Assembly (NCBI GenBank): GCA_004431415.1
Contig: QPMI01000318.1
Coordinates: forward strand, 1 to 64,000
DNA from: Cyanophora paradoxa CCMP329
Taxonomy: Eukaryota > Plantae > Glaucophyta
Direction of reading: 5' to 3'
DNA: 64,000 nucleotides
Made by a program: the position numbers and the translations under genes. The notes below the pieces were generated by a model. The model was not told where the DNA came from and made no database searches. It was given only the letters and a program-made list of their open reading frames with translations. Positions within the stretch are counted from its first letter, which is position 1, and each line of letters opens with the position of its first letter. Shown here piece after piece: positions 58,272-64,000 of this stretch.

Positions 58272-60784
58272 ATGGGCAGCCTCGGCAGCGAAGAAACCGT
58301 GGATCTGCTCGTGATCGGGAGCGGACCGACTGGTCTGGGGGCCGCCTACCGTATCCATGAGCACGTCTCGACGTCGGCGCGGAACCTGTCGTGGCTGCTC
58401 GTGGACGCGGTGCGCCGGCGCGTACGCAATCAGCGTGGCTTTGCTTGGGTTGTTGAGGCCGTCGGAGCCCGGCGCCTAGCGAACCGCTCGGGGCGACCCG
58501 CTCTCCCGAGGAACAGCCTCTCACTCGTGGGCGCGGCGCAGAGCCCGACACCCGGCGGGCTTGCGTGCTCAGTCACTGACGAGAAGGGCTTTGTTTGGGA
58601 CATGGGGGGCCATGTCATTTTCTCGCACTATGAATACTTCGACAAGCTGCTCGACGCTCTCACGGTTCGCCGCGCGCGCCCCTCGCGCCTCGCGGTCGCG
58701 CTGACTCTCCTTCGCAGCCGCACTGGAATAATCACGTCCGGGAGTCCTGGGTCTGGATGCGCGACCGCTTCATCCCTTATCCGCTGCAGATATCCTCGGG
58801 CCGCCGCTGCGCCGCTGCTCCTCCGCCTCTTCGCGCCTTTGTGCCGTCCTTGATCTCCGCCATCGCACAATAATGTGTGGCAGCTGCCGGAGGAGGACCT
58901 GATCCCGTGCCTCGAAGGGCTCGTGAAGGCTCGCCCCGGCCCGCGCCGTACCGCGCCGCGCCTCGCGCCCGACGCGGCGCGCTCGAGCGCAGGCGGCGAC
59001 GCAGCAGAGCGGGAGCCAGGGGCCGTGCAAGTCGTTCGCCGAGTGGATCCTGCGCAGCTTCGGGCAGGGCCTCGCCGACGCCTTCATGACCCCGTACAAC
59101 TTCAAGGCGCGCCGGCGCCCGCCCGGTCGGGCGGCGGGGGCGCGACGCGGGGCCAGGTGTGGGCGTACCCGACGACGGAGATGACGTCGCACTGGGTGGG
59201 CGAGCGCGTCGCCACGGTCGACCTCGCCCGCATCCTCCGCAACATGGTCCTCAAGAAGGCCCGCCCCGCCCCGCCCCGCGCCCCGCCCCGCGCCGCGCCC
59301 GGGCGGGGGCGATGGGCGGGGCAGAGCGACGCGGGGTGGGGCCCGAACGCGACCTTCCGCTTCCCGAAGTACGGCGGCACGGGCGCCATCTGGCAGGTGC
59401 CCCCGCCCCGCCGCAGCCGCCCGGCCCGGCCCGCCTGCCCGCGCCCCTCAGCGCCCCGCAGGCCCTCTTCGACCGCCTCCCGCGCGAGCGTTGCCGCATG
59501 GGCTCCGCCGTTGTCAAGGTCGAGGGGCGGGGCGGGGCGCCGGGGCCGGGCCGGGGCCGAGGCGCGGCGCAGGTGGACCCCCGCGAGCGGAGGGTCGAGC
59601 TCGCCGACGGGACGAGCATCCGGTGCGCGGCGCTGGCGCGCAGTGCGGGTGGCGGGGCGGGGCCGAGGGGCGGGGCGGGGGGCGGGGCGGCAGGTACGGG
59701 AAGCTGATCTCGACGATGCCGCTGGACGAGCTGCTGCGGCGGCTCGTTGGCTTCCCCGAGCTCGCCCTCCACGCCCCCCGCCTGAAGTACTCCTCTTCCC
59801 ACATCGTCGGCGTCGGCGTCGACGGCAAGGCCCGCCCCGCCCCGCCCCGCACATCCCCGCCCCGCCCCGCCCGCGCTGAGGGGCGGGGCCGGGGCAGACG
59901 CCGGCGCACCTCGCGACGAAGTGCTGGCTCTACTTCCCCGAGCCTGACGTGCCCTTCTACCGCGTCACCGTCTTCTCCAACTACTCCCAGCACCACGCGC
60001 GCCCGCTCCGCCCCCCCGCCCGCCCCCGGGGCCCCGGCGGCGAGCGTGGCGGGAGCAGGTGCCGCGGCCCGGGGAGATGTACTCGCTTATGGCAGAGGTG
60101 AGCGAGAGCGCGGTCAAGCCCGTCGACGCCGCCACCGTCCTCGAGGAGACCATCCGCGGCCTCGTGAAGGCCCGTCCCCGCCCCCCCCCGCCGCGCCCCG
60201 CCGCGCCCCGCCGAGCCGGCCGCAGGTGAAGCTGCTGCCGGCGGACGCGAAGATCGTCTCCCGCTTCCACCGGCGCCTCGAGCACGGCTACCCCACGCCC
60301 TTCATCGGGCGCGACGAGGCGCGCCCCGGCCCCGCGCCCCGCCCCGGCCCCCGGGGCGACGGCGGCGCAGATCTTCGATGCGGTGGACCCCGTCCTCCGC
60401 GAGCACGGCATCTACAGGCGCCCCCGGCCCCGCCGCCCTCGCCCGCCCCGCCCCCCTCACCCCCCGCAGCCGCGGCCGCTTCGGGGCCTGGAAGTACGAG
60501 GTGGCCAACCAGGACCACTCCATGATGCAGGCGCGCCGTGCCGCCACGCTCCGCCTCGCCTCGCCTGGTCCGGGGGCGAGCCTGCCAGCAGGGCGTCGAG
60601 TGTGTCGACCACCTCCTCTTCGGGGCGGAGGAGATGACCCTGCGGTGCGCCGCCCCGGCCGCCCGGCGTTCCCGAGCTCGCCGCGAGCGGCGCCCTCCGC
60701 AGGCACGCCAACCTCGTCAACGCCAGGAAGGACGCCTCCCGCAAGCTGCTCCTCCAGGCCGCCCCCGCCCCCAAGGCCTCCTAG
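58272..60784 (+). CDS. glf: UDP-galactopyranose mutase, eukaryotic type
   Basis: [104 protein letters not shown]. Confidence 0.93.
58790..58868 (+). other. U12-type (minor spliceosome) AT-AC intron
   Basis: 5' ATATCCTC, branch-like TCCTTGAT 58847-58854, 3' AC. Removal restores the conserved YPLQ-NNVW. Confidence 0.88.
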
Positions 60785-61090
60785 ATGCCGCCCCCGCCCC
60801 GCCCCTGCACCTCGAGCTGCGCGCACGCGCGCGCGCGCGCTTAGGATCAGGCCCAGGATTTGACGCCGCGGAGCTGTACAATACAATGCCCCTTGGAAAC
60901 TGTAGCTTCCATGCCCATATGTACAGCTGCACGAGCAGCGCGGAATTCGAAGCCAGCTGCGGGCCCGGGGCGCGAGCGCTGAAGCTGGTCTTGGTCTAAA
61001 GCTAGGCCGTGTGCACGTGCGACGGTGCTATTGTCGAGCTGTTTCGGGGGCGGCAGCTGCAGCTGCAGTTCCGGCAGTAACGTCAGATAC

Positions 61091-61342
61091 GCAGTTACGG
61101 CAGCAGATTCGCCCCGTCGCCGCAACAGCTACGTATACACGTGGCCGAGGCGCATCGCTAGCCAAGAAACATTCGAAACCACTGTCGCACCCCGCGGCTG
61201 GCTGGCTTTAACACGCTGAGCCAGCTGCGGGCGCGAGCGCAGTAGTTGCGCTGACTTGCGGCAGTTACCGTCAGATTGGGGCGCCGCGCCCCGCAATAGC
61301 TACGGGTGGCCGAGGCGCAGCTAAGGACCGTCCGAAACCACC
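61091..61342. repeat. Diverged ~85-90 bp direct repeat (61091-61182, 61261-61342) upstream of the 61498 gene
   Basis: Both copies read gcagttac..cagatt..ccgcaa.agctacg..gtggccgaggcgca..gcta..cgaaaccac. Confidence 0.65.
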
Positions 61343-61497
61343 CCGGCCGGTTTCGACAGGTTCTTGTCTGAGTCTTCTCGAACTTCCAGGGGGGGCGAGT
61401 CCCTTCCGGGTACGGGACGAAATAGGTGTTAGTGCAGAGGGTTTCTCGCAGCGAGCTCGAGCCCCGTTCGTCGTAGCCGAGCAGCCACTAAACAGCC

Positions 61498-62411
61498 ATG
61501 TCGTGCCTTCCTCGTGAGCCGACCCAGGCCGTCGACGTCGTTGAGACGTACGACCCGAAGAAGGTCTACTTCTACAAGCACGATGAGCCGTGCCCGGCTC
61601 CCCAGGGCCCCAACGAGAAGTGCTACGTTGAGGTCGCCTGCGCGCCGGCGAAGCCTGGTTCGTCTGGATCGTAGATAGTTTGTACCGTAGATTCGGGTGG
61701 GCACGGCGGTTACTCTGGACTGGACTATCGACCCAGCCGGCAGCCATGCTGGAGGTGTTATAGGCCATCCGTTAGTGGGACGAGAGGTTTAGGAAGCAGC
61801 CCCATCGTCCGTAGAGGGGAATCTATGCCCGATTTTGGCGAGCGCGTTCGACCCGGCTAATCGGGGTTCCGCGCAGTGATCACTACCCTCTCGGCTGAGT
61901 ACAGCACCACCAAGGCCAGCTGCGGCTGCGTCGAGGGCCCGGAGGACTGCGCTGGCTACTATGACATGAACACCGACACCTGCATCGAGGTAACGGCAGA
62001 TGTACTTTTTCATGCGTTCTCTTCCCATGCTAAGGCGCATCTCAGAACAACTTCAACACCCCGGAGGTTGATATCAAGTACAAGTGCGTTGATGCGCCGA
62101 AGGCGGATTGCCCGGAGTTCGATTGCGACAAGGCGATCAACGACTGGATGACCATCTTCCCGTCGTGCGCTGGCGACGTGAAGATGCAGAAGACTGAGGC
62201 CTGCAAGCCTCAGCTCGACAACGACAACCAGGTCGTTGAGATCGATGCGGACCTCCAGGTCGAGAGCACCGCTGACGTCGCGTACACCGACGACGTACGC
62301 TTTTTTCCGTTTTTGAAATACAGTGTTCTCAACTCACCTGTTTCACAGTCGTCCGACGACCTCGTCGGCGCCATCTGCGATTCGAGCGCGGAGGAGTTCG
62401 CTCTCCTTTAA
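61498..62411 (+). CDS. Unknown acidic, cysteine-rich protein (5 exons, about 200 aa)
   Basis: MSCLPREPTQ...NEKCYVE|IRVGTAVTLDW...HAG|VITTLS...ASCGCVEGPEDCAGYY..TCIE|NNFNT..KCVDAPKADCPEFDCDK...|SSDDLVGAICDSSAEEFALL*. Canonical GT-AG introns keep the frame. Confidence 0.75.
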
Positions 62412-63165
62412 ACTATTACTGGGCCCGAGGCAATAGGCCTCAGCAGCCTCCAGCGGCGGTAGCCAGGCTGTCAGCTTCCTTCTTCAGCTTGGGAGGTCGG
62501 CAGCCCGGCGCGAGGATGTACCAGACGGAACCACTGTCCAGGCAGCGTGACGGGAGCAGTTAGGCTTCCACCGTCTTCCCTTTGGCGATTCTCTGTAATA
62601 TGATAATGAGGTCTTTCAACCTGTCAATCGGGTCTCGCCTGAGGTAGTGTAAAGCATGTTTGAATGAACGAGCGATCGTTCTTTCTGGTCTCTCCTGCAC
62701 TTTCGGAAGCTGGCTTTGAGTTGTTTTGGAAGGGATGGGCGCGGTTTGAGCTTGGGTCTAGCCGTGGACTCTTCTTTAAACTTTTCAAAACACTGCGAAG
62801 GCCTCAGGGCCTGCAGCTTTTTTCATACTGCGGACTGGCCATGCGCATGCTGTCAGACGGTGTCTCCAGATCTTGAGAAGCACACTGCGTTGCACTGTGC
62901 ACGGCGCCGACCGTCGCCGACGTCGCCGAGCCTTCTTCGAGCGTTCAGCGCCACCTGCAGCTGGGTGTGTGTGCATGGGGTTTTTTTTTGGGGGGGGGGC
63001 GGGATCGGAGGGAAGGTGGCAAGTTCGTCAGAATTGAGCGCTCGAGTCCTTGTATAAGCTTGGCCCGCAGCAGCTGAGACTCGAGCTCGCACACTCAGTC
63101 GAACCGGAAGCCAGCGTGTTGATCAGCTCAGTAGCCCCGGGAGCGCACGCTAAAGCCTGCGTACT

Positions 63166-63849
63166 ATGATCGTCCGGTGGCTCCAGCGCGGCCCGCTGCG
63201 GTTGCACGCCGCAGTTGCTTCGTCGGCTCTCAGATCACCTTCAGCCTTCCTACGTCTCCCGCCGACGCCTGCGCGGCTCGACGCGCACACTGCCTTTCGC
63301 CGATGCCTCGCGTCCTCGGCCGCTGCAGCGCCTGTGAGCGAGCCCGGGGCACAGGAAGACATCGTTTTCACTGACAAATGCGTCAAGGTGCTGCCAATCC
63401 GCGCCGCTCCGCTGGGAACCTCTCATTTTCAAGGCAGCGCGTGAAGGCACTCGCCGCGAAGGGGGGCAAGCCGGCCATTCTGCGCGTAGCTGTATCGGGA
63501 GGTGGTTGCTCTGGGTTCCAATACTCGTTCGCTCTCGACGAGAATGTCGAGGCCGGAGACCGGTGCGTCTCCGATCCGTCGTTCTTCGCGCCGCAGCTGA
63601 GCACTGGCTTTGCTGCGCAGGATATTCGAGAGAGATGGAGTTAAGATCGTAGTCGACGATGTGTCGCTTGGGTTCCTGCGGGGGAGCGTGCTTGACTTCG
63701 AGGAGGAGATGATCAGGTGCCGCCGCTGCGCAGCCGCCTTGCACGCGTCGCCACTGCTGAGAAGCATCCGCAGATCTGCTTTCAAGATAGCGTCGAATCC
63801 AAATGCAGCAGCTTCATGTGGGTGCGGGAGCTCGTTCACCGCGAAGTAG
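63166..63849 (+). CDS. ISCA2: Mitochondrial A-type Fe-S cluster assembly protein
   Basis: Arg-rich presequence; [49 protein letters not shown]. Confidence 0.92.
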
Positions 63850-64000
63850 CGAGTGGGCATATGCATCTCACTCGCCTTACTTAGCCGGCCAGAGCTACAG
63901 TAGACTCGTGTGTGGATATGAACAGGTAGACAGCCATGAACAGTTACCAAGTTAAAATCTGCATCTTGCGCGGGGCGGCGGGCCGAGGCAAGGCGGGCGT

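Noticed and set aside
40-64000. Many long Arg/Pro/Gly/Ala-rich ORFs, e.g. 43423-46881 (1152 aa), 30833-32995, 40-1167
   Set aside because: Shadow or read-through frames caused by extreme GC and few stop codons; the real genes are spliced and change frame.

Overview
Eukaryotic, extremely GC-rich, gene-dense and intron-dense nuclear DNA. The six-frame ORF track is mostly misleading because genes are split by many short (about 50-120 nt) introns. I infer a plastid-bearing flagellate alga, most likely the glaucophyte Cyanophora or a relative; this rests on transit peptides with an early Phe (MEQLAFV, MLAVAFAV), a SOQ1-like gene, a plant-type HAL-HisRS and a flagellar KIF6, and is not proven. Manual splicing gives about 25 protein genes, mostly in head-to-head pairs: TRM3/TARBP1-like (partial), EF-hand/CIPK-like kinase, KIF6, GPx-like, TPR protein, PSMB1, dual HMG-box polyQ protein, MAPK pseudokinase, ABBA (NphB/CloQ-type) aromatic prenyltransferase-like, HSL-family esterase, SOQ1-like, FkbM methyltransferase, GGR-family flavoenzyme, CysJ/CPR-like diflavin reductase, F-box/LRR, HisRS, metacaspase, TEY MAPK, RCC1-repeat, METTL21-like, eIF4A-III, UDP-galactopyranose mutase, ISCA2 and two unknowns. 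Main highlights: (1) an adjacent membrane-anchored GGR-family enzyme plus diflavin reductase pair, near an intron-containing NphB/CloQ-like prenyltransferase; (2) an AT-AC U12 intron in UGM; (3) GC-AG introns at very high frequency; (4) alternating G-rich and C-rich blocks phased to exons and introns; (5) intergenic DNA built from short palindromic insertions that resemble hairpin-type transposon excision footprints; (6) an intronic C/D snoRNA; (7) a recent conversion tract between a MAPK and its pseudokinase paralog; (8) two genes whose stop codons overlap. Gene boundaries come from manual splicing and internal exons are approximate. Several 1-nt homopolymer frameshifts are probably assembly errors.
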